A stretch of 50,962 bases of DNA from Octopus sinensis (GCF_006345805.1 NW_021834841.1:1-50962), one strand, 5' to 3'; positions 14,137-26,949 are shown, numbered from the stretch's first letter. The notes: generated by a model not told the origin, from the sequence alone. Translations and numbers: made by a program.

Positions 14137-14375
14137 AGAAAATGAGATGAACGATTATCTTATGAACTTCATCAGCTTACACCCGTTTCTGCTATAAAAT
14201 ACAGTGGACTCACATCTGAATACCTGAGTAACGCATGTTCTTTTGCGGTTCCGATGAAGCTATAAGCTGTTACTCAGGCACTCAGCTATGAGCCCACTGC
14301 ATCTTATAGCAGAAATAGCTGTAAGCTATTGAAGTTCACAAAATAATTGCTTATTCCTTTGTCATCTCATTTTCT
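14137..14375. repeat. Diverged fold-back (arms ~14137-14232 and 14269-14375), probable Penelope-like pLTR remnant
   Basis: Arms ~80% reverse-complementary by eye; abuts (TA)n; overlaps a hammerhead-like motif. Confidence 0.8.
14247..14327 (+). ncRNA. Degenerate type I hammerhead ribozyme-like motif
   Basis: GGTT-CCGATGA-A-GCTATAAG...CTTATAGC-A-GAAA-T-AGCT-G-TA/AGCT: 8-bp stem II, palindromic AGCT loop III, GUA site; U4->C and A.A at 10.1/11.1 deviate from consensus. Confidence 0.55.
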
Positions 14376-14376
14376 G

Positions 14377-14417
<41 letters not shown>

Positions 14418-15136
14418 ATGGGACAAGAACGCAAAACATCAGGACACCTAGGTGATAGAAAAAAAGGGGACAACAAAACATCTAGACAGACGATACAAAG
14501 AACACACGGACGGATCATTCGGAGTTTTCTTTCCTCAATCGAGTTCTAGATTATCTTTGCAATTTCGGCTGATTATACTCGAGATTGCTACAATCTGGCC
14601 AACCCCAAGGAATAACTAAGCTAAGAGCATTAGATTCCTTGGAAGAAAGCAGCGAATGTATACGAAAACCAGGACGGTAAAAAAAAAAACGGAGAATGTT
14701 ACACAAATACAAATAACGGGACATAACAAAAGGTGTCTTTCGACTAAGGACGAATTAAATTAAGCTGGAGTGTGTGGAAATAAAGCCTCACGGCAGAGAT
14801 ACCAGGTTTCACAGGCACAGGAAAATATAGATATTGCACGGACGACGGCCGAACCAAGAAAGCCTCGGGCTGCCTAAAGCCTTGCGAGTGAATTTGGTAG
14901 ACGGGAATTGAACGAAGCCCGTCGTGTGTATATATATATATATATATAAACAGCCAGGCGCAATGTGATACCATAAAGAAAGATTCAATCGTCACGAAGT
15001 GTGACTAAGGATTCCGAAGCACCTACATTGCTAGAAATAAGAGTTAAAATACATTTACTGGTGTAAGAGGAGTGCAAAATGTTCACACACATGCTCACAA
15101 GGGAGGCAATCGCCACATGACCGACTCCAGGTCATA

Positions 15137-15183
<47 letters not shown>

Positions 15184-15201
15184 TATATATATATAATAAT
15201 A

Positions 15202-15410
15202 ATGAAACTGGATCTCTTCTTGTCAGGTATCCCAGATGAACCAACTTCACGGCAGGAGGTGCAGATGAGGGCAGCTGCATCGAACTCTCTCATGCAGCAA
15301 ATGGCAGTTGCTAAAAAGCATTCGTGAAGTAAAACCATGTAGCAACACCAAATGGCGGTGCCCCACCATGGCCATAGCTCGTGAGCTGAAACTAGAATCA
15401 ATCAATCAAT
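15202..15410 (+). mobile_element. CR1/L2-group LINE 3' end
   Basis: KLDLFLSGIPDEPTSRQEVQMRAAASNSLMQQ...* then GGCGGTGCCCCACCATGGCC...CTGAAAC and an (ATCA)n tail. Confidence 0.65.
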
Positions 15411-15411
15411 C

Positions 15412-15461
<50 letters not shown>

Positions 15462-15560
15462 CTTTTGCAAGAACTGTATGCTCTGATTTAACTGCATGAC
15501 TTACATCCAGTATTGACTACTCCATGTGAACTCAATACAAATTGAGTACTCAATACTGAC

Positions 15561-15700
15561 TTAGCGGCATTTCGTCGGTCTTTACGTTCTGATTTCAAAT
15601 TCCGTTGAGGTCAACTTCTACCTTTCATCCTTTCAGGGTCGATGAAATAAATACCAGTTAAGTACTGGGGGTAGATGTAATCGACTTATCCCAGCCCCCT
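15561..15700 (+). mobile_element. SINE family B, partial
   Basis: ttagcggcatttcgtc...cctttcatcctttcagggtcgat. Confidence 0.8.
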
Positions 15701-15827
15701 ACCTTTTTCTTTTACGAACTGAAAAAAAACATTGCTTCGCATTGAAAAAGAAACAGCGAAGTAAAAATTTTGAAGACAAAAATTAAATTCAAAACGTTTT
15801 AAAATCGCAAAATAAAATACGAAGCCA

Positions 15828-15892
<65 letters not shown>

Positions 15893-16431
15893 ATTACATT
15901 TTGATATTTGTGAGATGAATTTATTAGAATAATTAATATAAACATCTTGTAATTATTCATGTTGTTGTTCTCGTGTTTGGTCGCTGTTATTGTTGTTGTC
16001 GATAAGTTATTGCTGGAGTTGTTTTGTGGTTTCCACGTCATTAATCTTGTCTCCCGTGATTCAATTTTCTATAAAATAATGCGTTCTGTGTTTTATATTC
16101 TGTCATCATTTTAACGCGCCGTTTTCTTGTTACGTACGTCCACATATAAGCGTATGACTGCATTATACATATATGTTCTTAGATATATATCTCATTCATA
16201 TACGTGTGCATATGTGTGTGTGTGAGAGAGAGAGAGAGAGAGTATCTATACACACACTTATTCATGTGGCATTTATAAATGTATGTTGTACAGTTGTATA
16301 TGACATCCTTGACGATAGTGCTGAAAACAGACAACAGAATCAAATAACACTCATCTATCCGCATGTATGTATATGCATGAATATATATATATATAAATAT
16401 ATATATTATATATATATATATATATATAATA

Positions 16432-16478
<47 letters not shown>

Positions 16479-16637
16479 TAAGAAAATGGAGGGGATCAAT
16501 AGGTGGTTCATCAACTTTTAGACATTATATTTTGTCAACTTATTTATTTATTTACTAAACTGACAATTACAAGAATATACATATATGTATAACATATTAT
16601 GCTTTACATATAAGAAATAAAATATATGAATATATTA

Positions 16638-16720
16638 TATTGGAATAATTACTGGTATCTTTATATATTAATATATTTTATTGGAATAATTACTGGTATC
16701 TTTATATATTAATATATTTT
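16638..16720. repeat. 41-bp tandem duplication
   Basis: tattggaataattactggtatctttatatattaatatattt x2. Confidence 0.9.
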
Positions 16721-16886
16721 ATATGTAAAATATTTCTTTACTTTCACCCATTTAGTACACTAGGTAATGTAATTGCAATGCAATAAAAAAACACTTGTGT
16801 ATTATAACTGGGTATTCTACAGCAGTATATTGGATAGATATTATCCCTTAGTTGGTTGGATTCACAACTTCTAACTTTCTTGGAGT

Positions 16887-16971
<85 letters not shown>

Positions 16972-17035
16972 AGGGATAAATCCAAACTTACAGGGTAAAG
17001 ATAGATTTAAGATTAAATCAAATTTCACAGTATAA

Positions 17036-17468
17036 ATATAAATTAAATTAGAGATAAAACCACTATTAGGCAAATGAAACAGTGAAAAACATAAACCAAA
17101 ACATAAAAATAAATATAATTAATATAATATACAAAAAATATAAAATTTAAAATTTAAATCATTAAATTAAAAAATTTTTACATTTATAAATTTTAATTTT
17201 TTTTTTTATTTTTTTTTATATATTTTTTAAATTTTAAATTTAAATTTTTAAACTTTTAATTTTTTTTTATACTATCAAAAAGTATTAAAAAGTTTAATAT
17301 AAAATAATAAAGATTTATAAATATAAGAAATTTCAAATTTAATAATCTAAATTTTAGATTTTGGATTTTTTGTATATTATATTAATTATATTTATTTTTA
17401 TGTTTTGGTTTATGTTTTTCACTGTTTGATTTTCCTAATAGTGGTTTTATCTCTAATTTAATTTATAT
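17036..17468. repeat. Long inverted repeat (104-bp arms, 2 mismatches) around a ~225-bp nearly pure A/T spacer
   Basis: 17036-17139 is the reverse complement of 17365-17468. Confidence 0.9.
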
Positions 17469-18224
17469 ATACAGTATGTGTATGTACGTACGCACAGAGA
17501 CACACACACATATGTATGTATAAACATATGTGTGTTTAGGAAGTAGGATGGAAGAAATAAGAAAAGGTGGGGGAGTGCGGTCATCACAGAAAAATAAAAA
17601 AGAATTCAAAATTCAAAGTCCTATGAAAATGTATATTCCTTTACGCTGTGTTGTCAAGTCCCATATTCCGTGTAATTCTGTTTTGCATGAACATTCATAA
17701 ATTAGGAAAATAAAGATAGAATATAAAAAATAATAATAATAATTTGGTACTGTTTATAATTCATTTTTCTATGTACATTTAATGAAACCTTTTTTTTTGT
17801 ACGTATATTGTATATTTAACTGGAAGCCACACTGTGGATTATAAATTATATAACAAAACAGGACCTGCTAAAATATGTTTTTTTGAGTATCTTTCATCCT
17901 TTGTAGTATTAAATCTTATTTTTCTTTCTTACTTGGGCAAGAGAATTCAAGAGATCTTTTTCACGAATTACTTTGCCAAGCAGCTAATTAGATATCTTTT
18001 CTAATCAGTGGTAAAAATGGTTCTAGTATTCCTTCTCGGGTATATGTAAGTTCTATAAGAACAACAGTTGTCAAAATCCCAATGTTTTATATACATACAT
18101 ACACACATATATATATATGATTGTCTATAGAGATGAGTATCATGTTATTAATATTGGAGCCACATTCAGAAACAACAGTAATAGTATAGTGGAAATGTTT
18201 TCTCTTCAGTCATCATCATTACCT

Positions 18225-18269
<45 letters not shown>

Positions 18270-18270
<1 letters not shown>

Positions 18271-18916
18271 GAGTTGGCCAATATCTACACTGGCTAATAA
18301 GTCGGCATTACAATATCAAAACTGCCGACAAGTGGTATAATCACCACCCTGAGGCTGTAACTGAAGGAGAAGATGTAACCATTCTGTGGGACTTTCCAGT
18401 ACATACAGACCGAACCATCAAGGCCAATAAACTAGATATTGTTGTGAAAGACCAAAACAATAAAGTTTGCTTATTGATCGACATGAGCATCCCCTGTGAT
18501 CATAATATCTCAGCGAAAGAGTTTGACAAGCTCAGAAAATATAAAGACCTACTCATTGAAATTGAGAAAATGTGGCATCTCAAGGCGGTTACAATACCAG
18601 TGATCGTAGGAGCACTAGGAATGATCAAGAAGGGAACCGAAAATTATGAGAATGATCCCTGGCTTACCATCCCTGCAAGAAGTGCAAAAGATTGTCTTAA
18701 CTGGTACATCACACGTATTGAGAAGAGCATTGTCGATGTGAGAACTGTTGCTGCTCATGTATTTTAATTTAACTTAAAAAAAAAAAAAAAAAAAAATGAA
18801 CGAACTATTGAGTTTGGTTTAATGGCCTACCAATGTATACTATGAGTTTCTTTGCCCTAGGAGTCGGGAAGACACTCGGCAAGAAATGGAAGCAAATTTG
18901 AAAGAAGAAAAAAAAA

Positions 18917-18917
<1 letters not shown>
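18270..18917 (+). mobile_element. 5'-truncated R4/Dong-like LINE (RLE endonuclease + 3' UTR) inserted in (TAA)n
   Basis: VGQYLHW...ILWDFPVHTDRTIKANKLDIVVKD...LLIDMSIP...KYKDL...PVIVGALG is a typical PD-(D/E)xK RLE region; (TAA)n on both sides. Confidence 0.92.
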
Positions 18918-19013
<96 letters not shown>

Positions 19014-19053
19014 TAATAATAATAATAATAATGTAGTCGCTCCGCTTTTTTTT

Positions 19054-19240
19054 TCAAGCATTTGATTTTGGAGAAAATTTTGTGATGAAGTGTAGGTCCA
19101 TTGCTTTTCGGAATTTTGGGTCATCCTTTGAGTATTTGTAAAATGGGAAAGATTTTGAATCTTCCTTCACCGCATGTTTCTAGATGCTTGCTCAGTGGAA
19201 TCTTGCGCAATTCCTCTTGTCGGATGTGTTATCTAAATAT
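19054..19240 (-). mobile_element. Penelope-like element ORF C-terminus (GIY-YIG endonuclease tail), pseudogenised
   Basis: HIRQEELRKIPLSKHLETCGEGRFKIF/PFYKYSKDDPKFRKAMDLHFITKFSPKSNA* (one +1 frameshift) matches my recollection of PLE endonuclease C-termini; not database-confirmed. Confidence 0.6.
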
Positions 19241-19261
19241 CTGTTATTCTTGTTAATACAC

Positions 19262-19729
19262 AAGATAAGGTTAGCGGATTGGTAGAATCGTTTGAGTGTT
19301 GGACAAAATGCCACGCAGTATTAGTTCCGGCTCTTTAAGTTTTAAGTTCAAATCCCGTCGAGGTCAACTCCCTCTTTCATCCTTTCGGGATCGATAAAAT
19401 AAAGTCCCAGTCAATTACTGAGGTCGTCAGTATCAACTAACAGGGTTTCCTCAAAAATTGTTGGCCTTGGGTTTTAATTAGAAACAAAAACAATGGCAAT
19501 AATAATAATAATAATAATCCTTTCTTCTATAGGCACAAGGCCTGAAATTTGGGGGAAGGGGCTAGTCGATTACATCGACCTCAGTACTCAATTGGTACTT
19601 ATTTTATTGTCCCCGAAAGGATGAAAGGCAAAGTCGACCCCGGCGGAATTTGAACTCATAACATAGCGACGGGCGAAATACCGCTAAGCATTCCGTCCAA
19701 CGTGCTAACGATTCTGCCAGATCACTGCC

Positions 19730-19793
<64 letters not shown>

Positions 19794-19998
19794 TAATAAT
19801 AATAATAATCCCTTCGAAATTTGGCATTGTATTAGACTATTAAATCGAACCTGTATTTGACTGGGGCTTTATTTTTATCGACCCCGAAAGGATGAAAGAT
19901 AAAGTTGACCTGGGCGGTATTTGAATTCAGAACGTAAAGAGCCGGAAGAAATGCCGCCAAACATTTTGTCCGACGCGCTAACAATTCTACCAGCTCAC
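19262..19998. mobile_element. Cluster of three SINE family B copies (+19262-19485; -19518-19733; -19810-19998) separated by (AAT)n
   Basis: Consensus head/core/tail recognisable in each. Confidence 0.88.
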
Positions 19999-20704
19999 CA
20001 TAATATTAGAAATAATTTCTGAGAATAAGAAATTTGTCATAACGTCCAAACATGTAGTTTGGGAAATGAAGATTGCTGCTTGTGAGACAAGAGATAAAAA
20101 TGGTTACGAAAGAATGGAAATATTGTTAGCACATTTGGCAGAAAGTTTGTGACAGGAATCGCAACGGGAACTTTTGGTTTGTCACGCGGAGAAATTAATT
20201 GACAAGTGTTACGTTAAATTGGAATACTTATCATCATCATCATCACCACTACTACTACTGCTACTTCTATTACCACTACTACTACTACTACTACTTCTAC
20301 TATTACTACTACAAGTTAGATGAAAGTTCAGTGTTGATCTCCAGATCGACAATCACGTGATATCTGCGAGGCGGCGAAAGAAATTCAAGACGGCTTCTGT
20401 CGTAAATAAGAAAGATCGGATCAATATATTTAGTGGAAGAATCTCCGGAAAGTGACCCTCCATAGGAATAATGCAAAGAAGAGTAGATATCGAAGACTGC
20501 TAGTTCAGTGTAGAAGGTTTAGCAACAGAATCAAATAGAAATTCAATGGATCTCCGTCGGTTTCGACAATGAATATTCAATTGTTCGGGGATATGAATTG
20601 CCTCCTCCTTGAATTAACCTATCACCGGTTGTGTATTCCGCAGACATATGTACCTTTAACGTAATGATGAACCTGTTTGAATTACAGGTACAATCCATCC
20701 GCCG

Positions 20705-20994
20705 GGATTCCTCGCAGTTTCCGCCAACCAAAATGGGTTTGGGTGGATTTCTGGTTAAAGTAAAAAAAACTGACTTTTACTTATCCAAGATGCCGCAGAG
20801 AGGATATAACCTGCAACCAATAGATTTCAAAATGAATCTGTTAATCTGAGGGCTTCCTCACAGTTTCCGCCAACCAAAATGGTTTTCGGTGGATTTCTGG
20901 TTAAAGTAAAAAAAAAACTGCCTTTTACTTATCCAAGATGTCGCAGAGAGGATATAACCTGCAACCTATAGATTTCAAATTGAACTTGTTAATC
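20705..20994. repeat. ~146-bp tandem duplication of non-microsatellite sequence
   Basis: ttcctc(g/a)cagtttccgccaaccaaaatgg...gttaatc at 20708 and 20854. Confidence 0.9.
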
Positions 20995-21179
20995 ACAGAT
21001 CCGTGCCTACGTTCACAAAGTGAAACCTAATTTTAATAATCCTTTCTGTATTTCTTAAGGGCAAGTCTTTCAATTCTATTTCTACAACTGAACAGTTCGC
21101 AGAACTCACACCCACAAAGAAATTGTCGGGAGAAACTTATTAGTTATGCTGTATTTAACAAAATATTATTTGTCAGCAG

Positions 21180-21707
21180 CATAAATATATATACACAAAT
21201 ACACACAGACACACACACCATCACACACACACTTACACATCCACACACACAAGCATACTCAGAGACACTCAGACACAGACAGCTATACACACATGAACAC
21301 GTACTCACAGAATTACACATTGACTTATCCACACACACACACACACACAACTATACACACACACACTCACTCACACGCACGTACACAGAAACAGACATAC
21401 GCGGATACACGCAGACATATACATATGAACACGTACTCACACAACAATTACACATCGACTTATCCACACACACACACATACTCATACATTCAGAAAACAT
21501 GACACACACACACATTCATCATAACATACACATATAGAAGCCTACGCAAAGATTTCTATTTTTCTGGGGTTTTTTTTAGGTAAAATGAATAAATGAAGAC
21601 AAATCTTTTTGTTCAAAATCAAAAGCAGAACAAAGATTTTACATTTAAATAATAATAAACATAAAAGAAGATTAGATACAATTCAATTCATAGCTACGAT
21701 AGCTGTG

Positions 21708-21738
<31 letters not shown>

Positions 21739-22480
21739 TGTGTGTGTGTGTGTGCGTGTTTGAATGTGCGCGTTTGTATGTGTGCGTTTTATTGTGTGTG
21801 CTTGTATCTGTGTTTATGTGTATGTGTGTTTGTATGCGTGTGTTTTGTATGTGAGTCTTTACATGTGTGTGTGTGTTTTTATGTGTGTATGTGTTTGTAT
21901 ATATGTTTATATGTGTGTGTATTTGTATGTGTGCGTTCGTATATGTGTGTGTTTGTATGTGTGTGTGTTTGTATGTGTGAGTGTGTGCTTGTTTGTATGT
22001 GTGTGTGCGTTCTATTGTGTGTGTGTTTGTATGCGTGTGTTTGTATGTGAGTTTTTACACGTATGTGTGTTTTTATGTGGGTATGTGTTTGTATATGTGT
22101 TTGTATGTGTGTATGTTTGCATGTGTTTTGTATGTGAGTCTTTACATGTGTGTGTGTGTTTTTATGTGTGTATGTGTTTGTATATATGTTTATATGTGTG
22201 TGTATTTGTATGTGTGCGTTTTATTGTGTGTGCTTGTATCTGTGTTATGTGTATGTGTGTTTGTATGTGTGTGTTTGTATGCGTGTGTTTGTATGTGTGA
22301 ATGTGTGTGTTTGTATGCGTGTGTTTGTATGTGTGTGATTTTTGTATATGTATGTTTGTATGACTGTATTAAAATGTGTGAGTTTCTATGTGTGTGTTTG
22401 TGTGCGCGTATACGTTTGTATGTTTGTATTTGTATGCTTATGTGTATGTTTGTATACATATGTTTGTATGTGTATGTTTA
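21180..22480. repeat. Cryptic (CA)-rich then (GT)-rich simple repeats with internal block duplications
   Basis: Direct reading; block gttttgtatgtgagtctttacatg at ~21842 and ~22125. Confidence 0.85.
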
Positions 22481-22928
22481 TATTCATGGCAGTAGTGATG
22501 GGAGCGTCACTCGGAAACTGTGTACGTGGGTGGTAGAAAAAATGTCCTTCTCACGCCCTGTACTTCCGCTCCTGTAGTAGGAGAGTATGATGCGAAGAGC
22601 AAACACAGACACCATCTCATCCTACTCCAAACCCTTTGCACAACAGGTCCTCAAAGACGTGACGACAGAAGGGAGAGACGGCTGCTTCTATCTAATCCAT
22701 AAATGGAATCAGAGTTCGTTAGCAGCCGATATTTTGCCTACTTATCGCATCACGATGACAAACGCTGCAACTGCGGGTTCGCAGATGTTTATTAACCATA
22801 AGACTGCGTTATTTGCAGCTAAGCCCTTTTCCCCTATATAACCTAGGATCCGTTCTCTTGTCCACTAAATTCCAACAGTGGATTTTTATCTGATTTTCGA
22901 ACGACTTTGCCTCTTTGCCTCTATTGGG

Positions 22929-22960
22929 TCTTACCACCGCCATCTTAAACTCCACATCTC

Positions 22961-22994
<34 letters not shown>

Positions 22995-23094
22995 CTCTTT
23001 CTCTAACATTCTGTAACCTTCTATCACACTCCCATCCTCCCAACTAACCTCGGAAACTCTTCTTTACCACAATTTTTTCCCCTGTTGACGTCAA
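22929..23094 (-). promoter_or_regulatory. Candidate promoter / first micro-exon of an unidentified host gene
   Basis: Minus strand AAGATGGCGG (YY1-like motif overlapping ATG at 22943) then GTG|GTAAGA donor-like site; palindromic TTGACGTCAA (CRE) at 23085-23094; locally repeat-poor. Confidence 0.3.
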
Positions 23095-24240
23095 TTTAGA
23101 GAGGTCCAGGATGAATATCTTTACATCCTGGCCCTTGGGTGGGAGCAATGTTGTTGTTTAGTCCAAGCTCTAAGTTGATCGAGCAGGATTATATTCAAAG
23201 GCATCCGAACTGTGACCTTTCTATCTCTTTCCTTCGTGCTGAGAATCCATCATATGTGAGAAAAATTTGGATGCTATTTCTAAAGAACTTCACGACCACG
23301 TAGAGGCTATTTCGTTGTTTCGTGGCTTTTGAGTTGCTTAACACAGTTCACTCTGTTGTCATCTTTCGAACCCGCTCTCCATTTTCTCCCTCTCTTCCCC
23401 CATCCGACCGTCTCAGAGACTCTGTAAAAAAGACGTGGGTGTGATTTTCTTCATCAAAATCTTCAATGTTATCAGTTTCATTAGTCCCTGTGGGGTTGGG
23501 ATGAGAGATGCGAATATCTTGGGCAATGACTCTTCCTCTCGACCCCCCCCCCCCACCAGTTACCCAAACCACAACATTTAAAAAATAATTTATGGACATT
23601 AGATAACGCAAGTTTGCTAATCCTCCCCACCCCACCCCCACCTTAATCCTCTGTGTCGCTGTCTAAAATTATCACATTTAAAGGTGAAACCAGAATATAT
23701 TCGGTTATGCAAACATAATGGTTAACATCGTTTGCATTTCAAAGACCTTTTTATACCTAAAATATCCATTAATTCATTACCCCAAGGATTCCAGAAAAAC
23801 TTCATTGAATAGACTATTGTGTTTGTTCCCAGAGAAAACTTTTCCACCGTTTAATTCGAACTCGCCTAAATTTTAAAATTATTTACTAATTTTATATTCG
23901 ATGGATTATTAATAAGAAACGCTCATATATTACCATATTAAATGCTTGTTATATTCTAATATAATGACTGAGCTGTAGTTTAGAATAATTAATTTCTTTT
24001 CTAATACAATCCATAGAGTATTTAATCGATTTAAATCCCCTCCACTCCTTTCCAACTATTTCTTCTCTCCCTACTTCCGTTATTAAAGTCTCTGATATTC
24101 TGAACTCGGAGGCCGTATCTCACCTCCACACAATTTCACCTGATGCATCGCTTTTCTCTTCATTCTCCTTATCACTTCTCTCCCATATTTCGTTATATTA
24201 CGTTATATTATTATCTAAAATTAATATTATGTAACATTAT

Positions 24241-24600
24241 AAGGCGGTGAGCTGGAAGAATCGTTAGTTCAGCAGGCAAAGCGCTTAGCTGCATTTCGTC
24301 CGTCTTTACGTTCTGAATTCAAATTCCGCCGTGGAGCCAGCCACTAGGGTCGATGTAATCGACTTAAGCCCTCTCTTGATATTGCTGGCCTTGAGCCAAC
24401 ATTTGAAACCATTATATTTCATCATAAAAGCGGCGAGCTGGCAGAAAGGTTAACACACCTGACTAAATGCTTAGCGGCATTTCATCCATCTGTACGTTCT
24501 GAGTTCAAGCTCCGTCAGGATCGACTTTGCATTTCATCCTGCCGGAGTCGATAAAATAAGTACCAATCGAGCACTGGTGTTGATATAATATACTTACCTC
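24241..24600 (+). mobile_element. Two tandem SINE family B copies (24241-24412 internally deleted; 24427-24600)
   Basis: aaggcggtgagctgg... and aaagcggcgagctggcag... heads with consensus bodies. Confidence 0.85.
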
Positions 24601-24838
24601 CTCCTCCGTGTGTGTATGTAACGTTTGTGTGTGTGTATGTAACGTTTGTGTATGTGTATGTTTGTTTTGTATGTGTGTGTGAATTTGTAAGTGTAGATAA
24701 CTGGATTATTTTCTCTTATCGATTCGTGCAGTTGCATAACGTCTGAAATAACAATTCAGAGTCACCAATATATCTGATAGTTTTATATCATGAGGAAATA
24801 ATCTTATTTACTAATACACAATTGCAACAGACTCTACA

Positions 24839-24884
<46 letters not shown>

Positions 24885-25069
24885 GTGTGTGTATGTGTGT
24901 ATTTCGTTTTTGGATTTGTTTTGCAAGATTCTTTGTGTGAGTCCGTGTGTTGAAGCATATTTTCTTGTGTTTGAGGACGGTCATTCTCATTTTGTGCCTT
25001 ATTATTTAATACACTCACCGGTTCAGTTTCCACTCACTTCTTTATTTTTCTAGGAAAAAATAAAGACAC

Positions 25070-25073
25070 AACT

Positions 25074-25106
<33 letters not shown>

Positions 25107-25161
25107 TATTAGAAGGTTTGGAGATGATGTACAGGTATTATATATATATATATATAATATA

Positions 25162-25226
<65 letters not shown>

Positions 25227-25278
25227 ATATATGTATATATATATATGTATATGTATATATATATATATGTATATGTAT

Positions 25279-25335
<57 letters not shown>

Positions 25336-25353
25336 TATATATTATATATATAT

Positions 25354-25409
<56 letters not shown>

Positions 25410-25480
25410 CATACATACATATATATATATATAGATATATATATATATATATATATATATCTATATATATATATATTGAG
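25070..25480. repeat. (TA)n-rich microsatellite
   Basis: Direct reading. Confidence 0.95.
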
Positions 25481-25834
25481 CACTTAGAGCTCTTGCACGA
25501 GCACAAAAGCACAAATTGTATATGTGTTTGTGTGTATTTGAATGAGTATTTGTGTATCGGGTGTATGACATATTCGATATATCGAAGAAAAAAAGCAATT
25601 CGTGATGTTTATTTACGTTCTTAGCGCATCCCTTTACTCCTAACTTACGTTTTTCTTTTTTTCTTTCTACCTGATGAGTTTGATAAAAATAAAGTTCTAG
25701 GGCCAACTAAAAACAATGAAGGTTGTGCCACAGCATGGCCGCAATCCAGTGAATCAAACTAGCCAAAGAAATTGAATAGAATAACAATATAAAGGATTTC
25801 TTATTTCTCTCTCTCCAATCGTTATAATGTCAAA

Positions 25835-26050
25835 TATTGATTCCAAATTTTGGTACAAAACAAACAATTTCGGTGGAGGGATAAATCCTTAACATCGACC
25901 CCAGTGTTTCACTGGTACTTATTTTAACGACCACGAAAGAATGAAAGGCAAAGTCGAGCTCGACAAAATTTAAATTTAGAACGCGAAGACGGACGAAATA
26001 CCGCGAAGCATTTTATCCGGCGTGCTAACCATTCTGCCAACACAGCGCCT
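25835..26050 (-). mobile_element. SINE family B
   Basis: Reverse complement of consensus. Confidence 0.85.
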
Positions 26051-26949
26051 TTACACTATCAAATATTATAACTACGTTACTACTGTATGATATTATAATT
26101 ATACTGCATTTCTATTTATTATATTATATTATGTTTTATTACATTATAATTATATCATATCATATATTACATTTAATAGCATATTATATTTATATTATAT
26201 TTGTATTACTTTATCATTTAGTATAATATTTTCCCCTTTTCATACCCTTTTTCAGTACTACAATGCTTCAAATGAACTACAACGCTTGTATATTTATTAC
26301 ATATTGTTTTTCTAAATTATTTTTATTTTATATGTGTGTGTTATGTTTATATCATATCTCTATTGTTATATTTACATTATATTATATTAAAAATTACAAA
26401 ATTTGCTATATCATTATCTATATTTTATACTTGTTAATTTATAATTTATTACATTATTTTAATTTTATATTTATATGATATGTTTATATTATATATTAAT
26501 ACGACAGTAAATTCGATTGTATTATATTACGTTGCATTATTTAATAAATTGCGTTATGTTATACAGCTTTATATCATATTATATATTATAAAATCAAAGA
26601 ATATAGCGTACACCAAGTTTATTTTATTTTTCCTGAGAAGGTGGAGGTCATCATAAAGAATTCTCATATTTTGGAAGTAATTCGTTGGCCATAAAACAGT
26701 TAATTAGCCACCCGCCGCCGAACCCCGAGCCATTGACAAACATAAATATAATTTTAATTCTGTAGAAACGTGACACTACTCGCAAAAGGAGAAACTCAGA
26801 ATTTTGTGGAAATATTAACGTGATAGTCCCTGAAATCTTAAAGGTAAGTACTTTAAATATATATATATATATAAGGACAATATCGTTATTTAAAATACCG
26901 ATCTTATAGCATGGAAATAAAAACCTCAAAGGTAATAATTAATTATTGA

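Noticed and set aside
14440-14830. TA-adjacent repeat with GCCGAAATTGCAA and GA(T)TGAGGA on the minus strand (similar at 3490-3630)
   Set aside because: Motif order and pairing do not give a valid hammerhead topology; probably a repeat remnant, but I cannot classify it.
22520-22841. Non-repetitive ORFs after a polypyrimidine-AG as a possible exon
   Set aside because: No recognisable domain and no convincing donor; left uncalled.
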